A stretch of DNA of 64,000 bases from a virus (Duplodnaviria; Caudoviricetes). The notes under the pieces were generated by a model, which saw nothing but the letters and a program-made list of their open reading frames with translations, ran no database searches and was not told the origin of the DNA. This document shows positions 47,358 to 57,282 of this stretch, one piece after another (position 1 is the first letter of the stretch; each line of letters opens with the position of its first letter). The translations under genes were made by a program, and so were the position numbers. The stretch covers positions 347 through 64,346 of the IMG/VR virus record IMGVR_UViG_3300025617_000909; one strand, given 5' to 3'.

Positions 47358-48071
47358 ATGTCATTGGTAACACCAAGTAAGATAAGTGAAAATTTTTTTA
47401 CAAGCGGGTTCCCTCCAATTTATAAAATTGCCAAACATCATCCTCCAAATAAAGTTACTAACAAGTGGTTAAGTATTGATGATACTGGAGAAATTGATTA
47501 TTATTTTAATAGTTTAGGATACAGGGACTATGAATTTAACGGTAGAGAAAATAATTCAATATGGTGTTTGGGTCATAGCGATACAGCAGGAGTTGGCGTT
47601 TCTGTAAAAAGTATATGGCCATCGGTATTAAAAGAATTGTCAGGTATAGACTGTTTAAATCTTGGAGTAGCAGGAGCAGGTTGGGATACTATAACTAGAA
47701 TTGCTATTTCGGGTCTTAGAAAATATACTCCAAAAGCAATAGTAGTTATTGAACCGCCAGAAGCAAGAAGAGAATATGTACATCAACACAACTCTCAATT
47801 TGTGTTACCAAGTTTGCCTAACTCAATGATGCCTTATAAAGATTTTTACAAAGTTCGGGACCACATGAGCGATATGTACAATGTTGAAAGAAATTATTAT
47901 TCGTTAAAAAATGCTTGCGATGCTAAGTCAGTTGCGTTATATGTACTTGACTTTCCCGAAAGAAATAATTTAAAAAAGATAGACAAGTCAGCAGAAGGTA
48001 CGCATATCGGACCTAACACTCATCGTCAATTAGCAGAGGATATTTTTAATTGTTTAGATTTGAAGAATTAA
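47358..48071 (+). CDS. SGNH/GDSL-like hydrolase
   Basis: LGHSDTAGVG, NLGVAGAG, GTHIGP. Confidence 0.6.
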   Translation: MSLVTPSKISENFFTSGFPPIYKIAKHHPPNKVTNKWLSIDDTGEIDYYFNSLGYRDYEFNGRENNSIWCLGHSDTAGVGVSVKSIWPSVLKELSGIDCLNLGVAGAGWDTITRIAISGLRKYTPKAIVVIEPPEARREYVHQHNSQFVLPSLPNSMMPYKDFYKVRDHMSDMYNVERNYYSLKNACDAKSVALYVLDFPERNNLKKIDKSAEGTHIGPNTHRQLAEDIFNCLDLKN

Positions 48072-49153
48072 AACAGTTACATTTAGAAATCAGTAACAAC
48101 TGCCAGGCCTCCTGTCCTATGTGCGATCGCAACATAAGAGGCGGATTACCTAACGAACTATTGAAAGTGCGTGACTGGACTATTGATGATTACAAAACTA
48201 TTGTATCTCCTGAGGTAATAGAACAAATTGATAACTTGTATATGTGTGGTAATTATGGCGATCCTGGTATGAACAACGACTTACCAGAAATGCTTGCCTA
48301 CACTAGACAACTATCTGATATGCCTATTGGGATACACACTAATGGCGGAATGAGGAAACCAGAGTGGTGGGCTAATCTAGCACAATATTTAAATTCTGGA
48401 GAAAGTAAAATTGTGTTCGCTATTGATGGATTAGAAGATACGCACCATTTATATAGAATAGGAACAACATATCAAAAAGTAATCGATAATGCCAAAGCAT
48501 TTATTGATGCTGGAGGAAATGCCCAATGGGTGTTTATACGATTTAGACACAATGAACATCAAGTAGATGAAGCAAGACGTCGAGCAACAGAGTTAGGCTT
48601 TCAAGCATTTGTTGTAAAGGATAGTATTAGATTCCATGGCGGCAACGATTACGAAGTATGGGATAAAAATGGAAATGTAACTCACACACTACAACCGTCA
48701 TCGACTAGCGAGATGAAATTTGTTCCCAAGGAAATGCTATCATACGATAACGCAAAACAGTTTGTTGACAGTGTAGAGATTAAGTGTAAAGTAAAAGAAA
48801 TGAAGGAAGTATATATTGATGCTTTCGGACATCTTTATCCTTGTTGTTTTGTTGGCCACGCACCAACAAGCACACTAGATCCTGGTAATCCTGTAAGCAA
48901 TCTAAAACCAATAGTAGCAGAGCAAGTATCAAATGCTGTTGAGTTAATGGGCGGTACGTCAGCTATAGACACACGACAGCGATCTATTAGAGATATTGTC
49001 AACAGCAACGAGTATCAAACAGTTTGGAGTGATCTTTGGGAACAAAGAAAACTTTGGATTTGTAGTAAAACTTGTGGTGTTACTAAAAAGATTTCAACTT
49101 GGGAAGATCAATTTAAAGAATATAACTTTATTGCTTCAGACAAGAAATCCTAA
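48050..49153 (+). CDS. Radical SAM protein with SPASM/twitch-like C-terminus
   Basis: CQASCPMC, GNYGDP, YPCC, CSKTC. Confidence 0.9.
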   Translation: MFRFEELKQLHLEISNNCQASCPMCDRNIRGGLPNELLKVRDWTIDDYKTIVSPEVIEQIDNLYMCGNYGDPGMNNDLPEMLAYTRQLSDMPIGIHTNGGMRKPEWWANLAQYLNSGESKIVFAIDGLEDTHHLYRIGTTYQKVIDNAKAFIDAGGNAQWVFIRFRHNEHQVDEARRRATELGFQAFVVKDSIRFHGGNDYEVWDKNGNVTHTLQPSSTSEMKFVPKEMLSYDNAKQFVDSVEIKCKVKEMKEVYIDAFGHLYPCCFVGHAPTSTLDPGNPVSNLKPIVAEQVSNAVELMGGTSAIDTRQRSIRDIVNSNEYQTVWSDLWEQRKLWICSKTCGVTKKISTWEDQFKEYNFIASDKKS

Positions 49154-49805
49154 AGTTTCTTTTCTCAACTAATTCTTCAAGATCAGCAATTACACGAATA
49201 GGACAATCAATTAATAGTTCTCTATCATTGATCTTTTCAATTCCTCTTATCAGTCCTGCTTTGTTTGCTTTATTAAGATAGGACATAGTATCTATGTATA
49301 GTTGCTGTTTCCAGTCAATATCGCCACCTTCTATTTTTATTAGATATCCACCACCTACATAGTTTGGCAATTTTGCTCTAACATTTAAGTGTATTCTAGG
49401 TGTGCCGCCGTAGTTACCTGCTAGATGTTTTCTACTAGTATCCATTTGCCAAACTTTACCATCAGTGGGCAAGTTATACATTTTTTCATCATCTAGATCT
49501 ATAATATATGCGTAAGGATTAGTTGTGATTGCTAGATGTATTCTATCATCAGGATCTGTATGCGCAGTATAACTATCTCCTGATTCAAGTAGTAATAGAC
49601 GTGCTTCGCCTATTTCTCCTAGTTCTTCTAAAAGTAAACCTAATGGTGTGTTCTGAAATTGCGGAAGTGTTTTGTAATTTCCTGAAAACAAACCTCCGTC
49701 TGATTCGTTCAAGGTTATTCTTTTTACAGACATGTCCCAAACTAGTCTCGAAACTTGATACTGTATTTCTTCCAAATAGTCTATAGTAAACAGCTCTTTG
49801 AACAT
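49128..49805 (-). CDS. Asp/Asn beta-hydroxylase-like 2OG oxygenase
   Basis: AHTDPDDRIH...HLAGNYGGTPRIHL; start moved to MFKELF. Confidence 0.7.
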   Translation of the reverse strand: MFKELFTIDYLEEIQYQVSRLVWDMSVKRITLNESDGGLFSGNYKTLPQFQNTPLGLLLEELGEIGEARLLLLESGDSYTAHTDPDDRIHLAITTNPYAYIIDLDDEKMYNLPTDGKVWQMDTSRKHLAGNYGGTPRIHLNVRAKLPNYVGGGYLIKIEGGDIDWKQQLYIDTMSYLNKANKAGLIRGIEKINDRELLIDCPIRVIADLEELVEKRNFRISCLKQ

Positions 49806-49848
49806 AAAAATATTTAGCTCCGCCGCCGGTCGCCATAAATATTTCCGT

Positions 49849-50595
49849 ATGTTAAAACAAATAGATATCGACGGTGTAAACATTCCATTTGATCCAGAAT
49901 GGAAGAAAATAGCAATAAGTGTGAGTGGTGGAGCAGATAGTGCTTTATTAGCTAGCATCCTTTGTGACATTATTAGGTACGAAGGCAATCCTGCTTGTGA
50001 AGTACATGTTATACAACACGCACGATGTTGGAAAACAAAACCATGGCAACAATATGACAGCATAAAAGTTTTAGAATGGTTACTACAAAATTATCCAGAT
50101 ATTACTTTTCAAAGACACACTAACTTTATTCCTCCTGAATTCGAATGGGGAGATAAGGGTAGACAGTTTGTTGATGAGTATGGCAAACAAGTAAGTGGGG
50201 ATAATATTGAGTTAAGATCCTTTGCTGAATTTATTTGTAATGGTTATGATATTCCAGTCTACTTTAATGCTGTTACACGCAATCCAAAGAATGTGGACTT
50301 TCAAGGTATGCCTACTAGAGACATTGATCCAACAGATGATAACCAACACCTATTGATGATGGAACATATGGGCGGACTTGCTTGTCATCCTTTTAGATTT
50401 GTACAGAAGGATTGGATCGTTAAGCAGTATCAAGAACAAAACAAAACAGAACTTTTTAATATCACAAGAAGTTGTGAAGGTGAGTTTGATGATTTAGATT
50501 ATACAAATTATCAACCCAATCAAGAAGTTCCTGTTTGTGGTGAGTGTTTTTGGTGTAAAGAAAGAGAGTGGGCAATTGAGCAAAATCAAAAGTAA
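49849..50595 (+). CDS. PP-loop ATPase, QueC-like
   Basis: SVSGGADS; TRSC...CGECFWCKER zinc motif. Confidence 0.75.
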   Translation: MLKQIDIDGVNIPFDPEWKKIAISVSGGADSALLASILCDIIRYEGNPACEVHVIQHARCWKTKPWQQYDSIKVLEWLLQNYPDITFQRHTNFIPPEFEWGDKGRQFVDEYGKQVSGDNIELRSFAEFICNGYDIPVYFNAVTRNPKNVDFQGMPTRDIDPTDDNQHLLMMEHMGGLACHPFRFVQKDWIVKQYQEQNKTELFNITRSCEGEFDDLDYTNYQPNQEVPVCGECFWCKEREWAIEQNQK

Positions 50596-51844
50596 GACAT
50601 TCTGTTTACACCCGTTTACGGGACTAGCAACAAGAGAAGATGGCGCAGTTAAAGTCTGTTGCCGTAGTGCTCCTGTTGGCAATATTAACGACAATACACT
50701 AGAAGAAATTTGGAACAATGAAACTATGTGTAAGGTACGCCAACAGGTTCTTAATGGAGAGCGTCCTGATGTGTGTAAACCTTGCTTTGATTTAGAGGAT
50801 CAGGGTGTTATGAGTTTGCGTCAGCGACACATAACTGATCACAGTCCAGAATCCAGAATTAATTTATATCCAGATGCTTTGGATAATCTAAACGATGATT
50901 ATACGATGCCGTTTGAATTTCCCACGATGGAAATTAAATTAAACAATCTTTGTAATCTAAAGTGTCGCATGTGTAATCCGTTAGATAGTACACAATGGAA
51001 AGATTGGGATCAAGTAACAGAATTTTATAAGAAAGAAAACAATTATCTTATACCGGTTGTAGAAAGTCTAGTGGCGACCCCTGGACAATACATAGGTGCG
51101 TTTGATAATACAGACAACTGGTGGAAGAGCTTTGAAAAACTTCTACCATACTTTCGTCGAGTAGAGTTTGCCGGAGGAGAGCCTTTGATGGATCCTCAGC
51201 ATTATCGCATACTTGACATGCTCGCACCTTACGGTGAAAACATACAGATTAAGTATGCTACAAATGGAACAACTTTAGGTATAAAAAATCGCAGTATTCA
51301 TGACTATTGGCCCAAGTTCAAGAGTGTTGCTGTTAACGTAAGTATTGATGGTATACACGATGTTTACAATTATATCAGAGGCAACGGTGATTTCAAACAG
51401 ATTGAAGAAAACATCAAAGTGTTTCAATCATTTCCAAATGTCAGTAGAGTAGTCGGTGCGTTTACAGCACAGGCAGGAAACATATTACAAGCCGCTGAGT
51501 GTATTGACTATTTCCTTGATACTATGGGTATTGTGTTTTACAGTCATAGAGTGAGCTATCCTAATTGTTTGTCAGCACAGGTGTTACCACAAGAACTAAA
51601 AGAACTTGCTATACAACGGTTAGGTGAAGTAGCACTAAAAGTACCCAATTATGATATTGTCAAGAAGCATCCTGTGTTAAAGGATATCACACTTCAACAA
51701 ATCAAGGACAACGTAAACTATCTTAGAGCAAAGGATCAAAATCATTTGTGGAACGACTTTGTACAGTTTAACACACGATTAGATATTACACGCAATCAAG
51801 GTCCTCTTGAAACTGTGGTCAAGGAGTTTGCTCCGTATGTATAA
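50576..51844 (+). CDS. Radical SAM protein with N-terminal twitch/SPASM domain
   Basis: FCLHPF...VCC...CKPC; CNLKCRMC; GGEP. Confidence 0.9.
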   Translation: MSKIKSKTFCLHPFTGLATREDGAVKVCCRSAPVGNINDNTLEEIWNNETMCKVRQQVLNGERPDVCKPCFDLEDQGVMSLRQRHITDHSPESRINLYPDALDNLNDDYTMPFEFPTMEIKLNNLCNLKCRMCNPLDSTQWKDWDQVTEFYKKENNYLIPVVESLVATPGQYIGAFDNTDNWWKSFEKLLPYFRRVEFAGGEPLMDPQHYRILDMLAPYGENIQIKYATNGTTLGIKNRSIHDYWPKFKSVAVNVSIDGIHDVYNYIRGNGDFKQIEENIKVFQSFPNVSRVVGAFTAQAGNILQAAECIDYFLDTMGIVFYSHRVSYPNCLSAQVLPQELKELAIQRLGEVALKVPNYDIVKKHPVLKDITLQQIKDNVNYLRAKDQNHLWNDFVQFNTRLDITRNQGPLETVVKEFAPYV

Positions 51845-52727
51845 AGTTACCAGTCGCTGGCCTCATCAAGACAGCATTAAAGTGGAGTGGAATATTGGCA
51901 AGCGTTGTAACTATGACTGTAGTTACTGTCCTAGCATAATACACGATAATCATAGTCCTCACACTCCGATAGATCTTCTCGAAAAAACTGTTAATAAATT
52001 AGTGTCATTGGGCAAGCCAATACGTCTTAGTCTTACGGGCGGAGAACCACTAGTACATCCTGATATCGAACAGTTCTTAGATTACATTCAGTACAAAGGA
52101 ATACAATGGTTAAATGTTACAACCAATGGAACACGCAGTCCTAGTTGGTTTAGAATTAATAGCATCTACTTTAACCATGTTGTGTTTAGTTTACACTTTG
52201 AACACGATTGGCAAAGAGTAGTGAATCATATTACTGAAATAAAATTAACAACCGAAGTTCCGTTCTTTGTTAATATAATGGCTCATCACGAATACATGAA
52301 CGAAGTTCGAGAAGTTGTTGAAAACTTTAAAGCACGTGATATCAAGTATGCCGTTAGAAGGATACGCTGGACTGAAGGCGATCACAATGTGTTTGACGAT
52401 ATGAGATATGATGGTAAGGATCTATCTTGGTTATTAGAACAAGACGCAACTGCTGATGCCAACTGCCTAGTAGATGACCAAGAACTAATACATGCCAACG
52501 ATATAATCAAAACAAAAAGAAACGGCTTTAAGGGTTGGAACTGTCACGCAGGATTAGAAAGCCTAATGATCAACTGGGATGGTGATGTACATCGTGCTAC
52601 TTGTAGGGTGGGTGGTAGTCTAGGAAACATATACAATGATACATTTATGCCTCCTGAAGATACAGTATCTTGTACACGTGATTGGTGTACATGCGCCGCA
52701 GATATTCCTTTAACTAAGACTCTTTGA
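51837..52727 (+). CDS. Radical SAM protein
   Basis: CNYDCSYC, TGGEP, C-terminal Cys cluster. Confidence 0.9.
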   Translation: MYKVTSRWPHQDSIKVEWNIGKRCNYDCSYCPSIIHDNHSPHTPIDLLEKTVNKLVSLGKPIRLSLTGGEPLVHPDIEQFLDYIQYKGIQWLNVTTNGTRSPSWFRINSIYFNHVVFSLHFEHDWQRVVNHITEIKLTTEVPFFVNIMAHHEYMNEVREVVENFKARDIKYAVRRIRWTEGDHNVFDDMRYDGKDLSWLLEQDATADANCLVDDQELIHANDIIKTKRNGFKGWNCHAGLESLMINWDGDVHRATCRVGGSLGNIYNDTFMPPEDTVSCTRDWCTCAADIPLTKTL

Positions 52728-53678
52728 AATGTGTGTCTCTGGTTGACACCAACAACAATCTCTTTGACAAGTTAGAGTTTTAACAACTGGATTAAATTCT
52801 TTTATAAAGTTAGTATCGTAAATGTTATAGGGTTTATCAAATAAGCCTTGTCCACAACTTCCTTGTAATACTCCATCCCAATGAATGTAGATATTTTCTT
52901 TTTCAATATCGCACTTCCAGCCCTTGAATGTATTGTAGTTTAAATTGTGATAGGTATAGTTTACTTTTTTAGTTTTGCCATTTTCAAATTCAACTACACT
53001 CCCATAGGGTTTTAGATTCTTCCAATTTTTTAAAAACCATCCTATACCTGGCAGGGCTTTTAAATCATTTTTCATATACTTCTTTTGTTCTTCTGTATAC
53101 GTTACTGGAAATGTTTCGATTGGAAATACAGGACGTGATTCTATAAACCATTTGCGCTTTCTATTCTTCTTCATATAGTTTATACTATCTACGCACTTGT
53201 CAAACTCATTTGGATCCATTAGAACCAAGCAGTGTACATCAACACCCTTGGATACTACTAAATCCACTACATTTATAAAATGATCAATGTCTGCTTGTTT
53301 GTGATGAAAACTAAAAACTACTTTGCTGAACTGTTTGGCGTACTTATTCCACCAACGAAGTGTTCTACTGCCATTGGTGATCAGTTTCATATCAATGTCG
53401 TATAACTTGTTTATTGTTGTTACAAACATACCAAGTTCTGGCCATAGAGTCGGTTCGCCGCCACTTAGTTCTAGTTCAAAACGTTTTTTGCCTTGCTTAC
53501 TATAAGTCTCTAATAGTTTATAAAAGTTATTATGAATCATGCCTACATTCTTAGGATAAGCATAATCTCCTTTATTAGACTCGCAGTACGCACACTTAAA
53601 GTTACAGACGTTGCCTACACACCATCTTATTTTAAGTAAGTCGTCTGAATCTAGTGATGTTATCTTTATTGGTTTCAT
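52710..53678 (-). CDS. Radical SAM protein
   Basis: CNFKCAYC, SGGEPT, CQRDCCWC. Confidence 0.9.
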   Translation of the reverse strand: MKPIKITSLDSDDLLKIRWCVGNVCNFKCAYCESNKGDYAYPKNVGMIHNNFYKLLETYSKQGKKRFELELSGGEPTLWPELGMFVTTINKLYDIDMKLITNGSRTLRWWNKYAKQFSKVVFSFHHKQADIDHFINVVDLVVSKGVDVHCLVLMDPNEFDKCVDSINYMKKNRKRKWFIESRPVFPIETFPVTYTEEQKKYMKNDLKALPGIGWFLKNWKNLKPYGSVVEFENGKTKKVNYTYHNLNYNTFKGWKCDIEKENIYIHWDGVLQGSCGQGLFDKPYNIYDTNFIKEFNPVVKTLTCQRDCCWCQPETHISKSLS

Positions 53679-55060
53679 AACAAATGTGCTAGTTCAGGAA
53701 ACACTGCTTTGAAGTCCAAGCCTCGAACTTTATCCATTCGTTGAATATATTCTTTAAACGCTGGAAGTAGTTTGGTATGATCGTCACCGTCCATGAAGTC
53801 TAGCACTGCTTGCCAACGTTTCCAACCATAAGGATTGTGTTTCCAGAAGTCTTCGTCTTGTCTATAGTTCTCATGTAACCAGTTAGCAAGTTTGGCAAAG
53901 TTTTCTCGTACTTCTTGCTTGTCCTTTTCTGGTAAACACTTAATGCTTAAATAGGTTGGAATATACAGCAAGTGCATATTAACTATGCCACCTCCGGCTT
54001 GAACTCCACCGATGTTATTCTCGAAGTTAATCTTCTTGAATCCTTGCTGTATCTTCCATTTGGCAAGTTCAGGCAAGTGTTTGATGTTTAGTATTTGAAT
54101 TGCTGTTGCTAGACTAACTTGAATATTCGAAGGAGTGTTGTCTAATAAATGTAGATTGGAAACTAAAAGATCCCAATCAGTAGGATAACGAATGTAATGA
54201 TTACGTTCGCCAACAGCATCAATACTAACAGCAAATTTAACTCGCCTAAACTTTTTCCAAAGCTCAATAATTTCTTCATCAACTAATAAACCATTAGAAT
54301 TATATCTAACTAGAATTTTATCAGCATATCCTTGCCGGATAATTTCCTCTAGAAATAACTTGTGTTCTTTGATCATTAGAGGCTCGCCTCCAGCAAAGTA
54401 CACTTGTTTTAAATTAGGTATCTGTGCGTATATGTCTTTCCAGAATTCTGGATTTTCATGCCAGAAGTTATTAAACTCCTTGCGTCCCCAATTCATTTGA
54501 TTTTTTAGTTCTTGGTGTTGGAACTGAGGATATACTTTTTTGTGATCTGCGACCCATTGACTACTATCATGCGGGCTACACATAATACATTTCAAATTAC
54601 ATGTATGTCCTAACCGCAAGTCTAGGTAGTATAAGTTTTCAGGAACGGTTCCATCTTCAGCAGTTTGTTCCAGCAATTCTTTAAAGTCGATATCTTCTTC
54701 ATTCCAAGTACCAGCTTCCCATAGTCGCTTACTTACAACACCCTTTGATTCCTCATCAAAGCATTTTTGACAACTAGCAGGAATGTTACCTTCAAGAATT
54801 GTTTTTCTAACAGATCGCATGTATTCGTTGTTCCATGCCTCCATCGGAGTTTCCTTGCCAAAGTTAGCCGGCCTACCTGTTTCGTTTTTTACTAATCCTA
54901 TTTCATGATCAGTACCTGCGCCGCTAGAGTTAGCATTACAGCATAGACGCATATCACCGTTGGGTCTTGTGGCTAAATGTATCCATGGCAAAACACAGAA
55001 GGTGGGTGTTCCTGTTGCTTCTGTTAATTGCTTTTGATATTCTTTTATCTTATCGCTCAT
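53675..55060 (-). CDS. Radical SAM protein with N-terminal twitch/SPASM domain
   Basis: FCVLPW...LCC...CQKC; CNLKCIMC; AGGEP. Confidence 0.9.
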   Translation of the reverse strand: MSDKIKEYQKQLTEATGTPTFCVLPWIHLATRPNGDMRLCCNANSSGAGTDHEIGLVKNETGRPANFGKETPMEAWNNEYMRSVRKTILEGNIPASCQKCFDEESKGVVSKRLWEAGTWNEEDIDFKELLEQTAEDGTVPENLYYLDLRLGHTCNLKCIMCSPHDSSQWVADHKKVYPQFQHQELKNQMNWGRKEFNNFWHENPEFWKDIYAQIPNLKQVYFAGGEPLMIKEHKLFLEEIIRQGYADKILVRYNSNGLLVDEEIIELWKKFRRVKFAVSIDAVGERNHYIRYPTDWDLLVSNLHLLDNTPSNIQVSLATAIQILNIKHLPELAKWKIQQGFKKINFENNIGGVQAGGGIVNMHLLYIPTYLSIKCLPEKDKQEVRENFAKLANWLHENYRQDEDFWKHNPYGWKRWQAVLDFMDGDDHTKLLPAFKEYIQRMDKVRGLDFKAVFPELAHLL

Positions 55061-55866
55061 TAATAATGTCTCAGATGACTGATGCCTATTAGTGTTTTAA
55101 AATATTCCGTAAATTTACAATCAATTCTAAGTCCGTATTCTTGTTCCATACTATGTTCACCGCCATGCCAATCCTCATCATTAAAGAAACAAGCATGATG
55201 ATTAACATAGTGTTTACGTTTAGTTTCTGGATCCCATAGATAAAACCCTCGTTTGATACAAGGTCTAATATGTATAAATTCAACGTTATGATCTGTGTAA
55301 CTAGGATCTTCTGGATCAAGATCTCTGTGTTCAAATGGTTGCGAACTACTAGAACTTACAAAGAAAATCACACGTCCAATGTGTTCAATAATATTTTGTT
55401 CTTTAAGATTTTCAACCCACTTAACAACACCAGGAAAATGTTCCTGTTCAGGAGTTGGTTTGCGTTCTACCTCTCCACGGTCTTTCATGTTATGACCTTC
55501 TTCCCACAATACATAATAAATGTAAGGGTCGTGAGCACCCATGGCCGATACAAGATATCTCACAAATACATTTCTTTCTTTGTAGTCTCTCATATCTTGC
55601 GGAAAAATTTTCATACCCTCAATCTTGATTGGATCGTCGTCTGGTAATGCTTGAAACTCCTCGTATGCTTTGTATATGGGCTTCCAGTTAGCGATGTAAC
55701 TCGACTCTCTCATATCAAAGCCTGGTTTCATCCAGGTGCCCTCTTTGGCATGCTCTCTAGCCAAAGCGAAGCCTTTACAAATTTCAGGGTGAAGTTTTTT
55801 AAATCCTTCAATATCTAAAAACGGGTCCAGATTTATAAAAGGATTCTTGCCTATTCCTCTAATCAT
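55060..55866 (-). CDS. 2OG-Fe(II)/cupin-type oxygenase-like protein
   Basis: EHRD...DWHGG...LRID. Confidence 0.6.
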   Translation of the reverse strand: MIRGIGKNPFINLDPFLDIEGFKKLHPEICKGFALAREHAKEGTWMKPGFDMRESSYIANWKPIYKAYEEFQALPDDDPIKIEGMKIFPQDMRDYKERNVFVRYLVSAMGAHDPYIYYVLWEEGHNMKDRGEVERKPTPEQEHFPGVVKWVENLKEQNIIEHIGRVIFFVSSSSSQPFEHRDLDPEDPSYTDHNVEFIHIRPCIKRGFYLWDPETKRKHYVNHHACFFNDEDWHGGEHSMEQEYGLRIDCKFTEYFKTLIGISHLRHY

Positions 55867-55922
55867 TTATTTCTCCTTCCAGATATTTATAGGAGCATGG
55901 GACTAAGATATTAAATACTGGC

Positions 55923-56624
55923 ATGCGCAACAACACATGGGATTTTTATTACAATAAGAATAGTGATGGAAATATACGAGCAAACCTTGTATATACTCCA
56001 TACATAAACAAAGATCGTACAATACTGTGTATGAGCTTTAATAGAGATACACGTTATCATTTTGATGAAGAACAAAATAAACTTTGGACAGAAAACGACC
56101 TAATTGATAGGTTTAATAAAGAACTGACGTTTCATGAGAAAGTAAGATCCGTTATCCCTACATTAAAAATTCTAGAAGTTGATTACGATAACAGAGAAAT
56201 ATACATCGAGTGGCCGGGCGATGATTTTTACATGCTAGGTTTAGATACTCCGTATGATGAATTGTTACCGAGTTGGAAAGAACAATGGTTACACATTATA
56301 CAAACATTAAAACACATAGGCGTCAGTAAATTTAGTTTACACCCAAACAGTTTTGTAATTAAGGATCATAAACTAGTTCCATTCAATTGGTTCTTCTGCT
56401 ATGATAGGAATGAAACTGGTATTACTATTGCCAATGTATTGAAACAAATAAGCACACAACGATTAGATAAATTACTTCATATACTAGCAAGTCAAAATAT
56501 CTATGTAGATAAGGGTTATACAGCCCAAGAATTGGAAGATGTTTGTTTCAATAGTTTTAGATCAAACTATCCACAAGAGTTAATAGAGAAAGTTTTAAAT
56601 GACAATAGCATACGTTCCAATTGA
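55923..56624 (+). CDS. Hypothetical protein, possibly a degenerate kinase-like fold
   Basis: FNKE...IYIEW...SLHPNSF...FNWF resembles a kinase catalytic loop lacking the Asp. Confidence 0.4.
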   Translation: MRNNTWDFYYNKNSDGNIRANLVYTPYINKDRTILCMSFNRDTRYHFDEEQNKLWTENDLIDRFNKELTFHEKVRSVIPTLKILEVDYDNREIYIEWPGDDFYMLGLDTPYDELLPSWKEQWLHIIQTLKHIGVSKFSLHPNSFVIKDHKLVPFNWFFCYDRNETGITIANVLKQISTQRLDKLLHILASQNIYVDKGYTAQELEDVCFNSFRSNYPQELIEKVLNDNSIRSN

Positions 56625-57282
56625 TATTGATGTACAGTTACCCGACGAACAATCTTTGATTGACTTCTGTCAACAAACAAAAATACCAGACATCACAGAC
56701 AGCAATGTTAACCAAATCAAATTCTGGGATAAAGTTCCTGTTATTGGCAGACTTGAAAAAAATGAAGATTGGTACGATTTAGATAAAATGCGTCATGCTT
56801 TGTTTAATAGATATACACCAGGTCTCGGTGAGTGTAGATACGCTAATAATATTGATAAAATATTTCCAGAGATTCCATATATGTTAGAACAACTTCCTTT
56901 TAAAGAACTGAGTATGGTAACAATGTTGGTTCAAAGAGAACCTGTTGATACACACATTGATAGTCAGGTTTATGATAACATTGTAGATCCATCAGAGATT
57001 GCTATAGAAATGGAACCAAGACGTTATAACATATTAATGACCAAACACAATTATAGAAGTTTCTATGTAAGAGAACAACAAGACAGCGAAAAGATTTATC
57101 CAGAGTTTACACCCGAGTTACCTTGTCATGCTATTTGCGAAAGTCATCACTGGCATGGCGCAGATTGGGACGGACCTGATAAAATTATGCTATGTGTATT
57201 TGGAATTTTAGATAGGCCCAAGCATCTTCAAATGATCAAGGATAATTTAGAAAAACATAGAGATAAAGCTATTGTGTTTTAG
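56599..57282 (+). CDS. 2OG-Fe(II) oxygenase-like protein
   Basis: THID...WHGAD...KI. Confidence 0.55.
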   Translation: MTIAYVPIDIDVQLPDEQSLIDFCQQTKIPDITDSNVNQIKFWDKVPVIGRLEKNEDWYDLDKMRHALFNRYTPGLGECRYANNIDKIFPEIPYMLEQLPFKELSMVTMLVQREPVDTHIDSQVYDNIVDPSEIAIEMEPRRYNILMTKHNYRSFYVREQQDSEKIYPEFTPELPCHAICESHHWHGADWDGPDKIMLCVFGILDRPKHLQMIKDNLEKHRDKAIVF

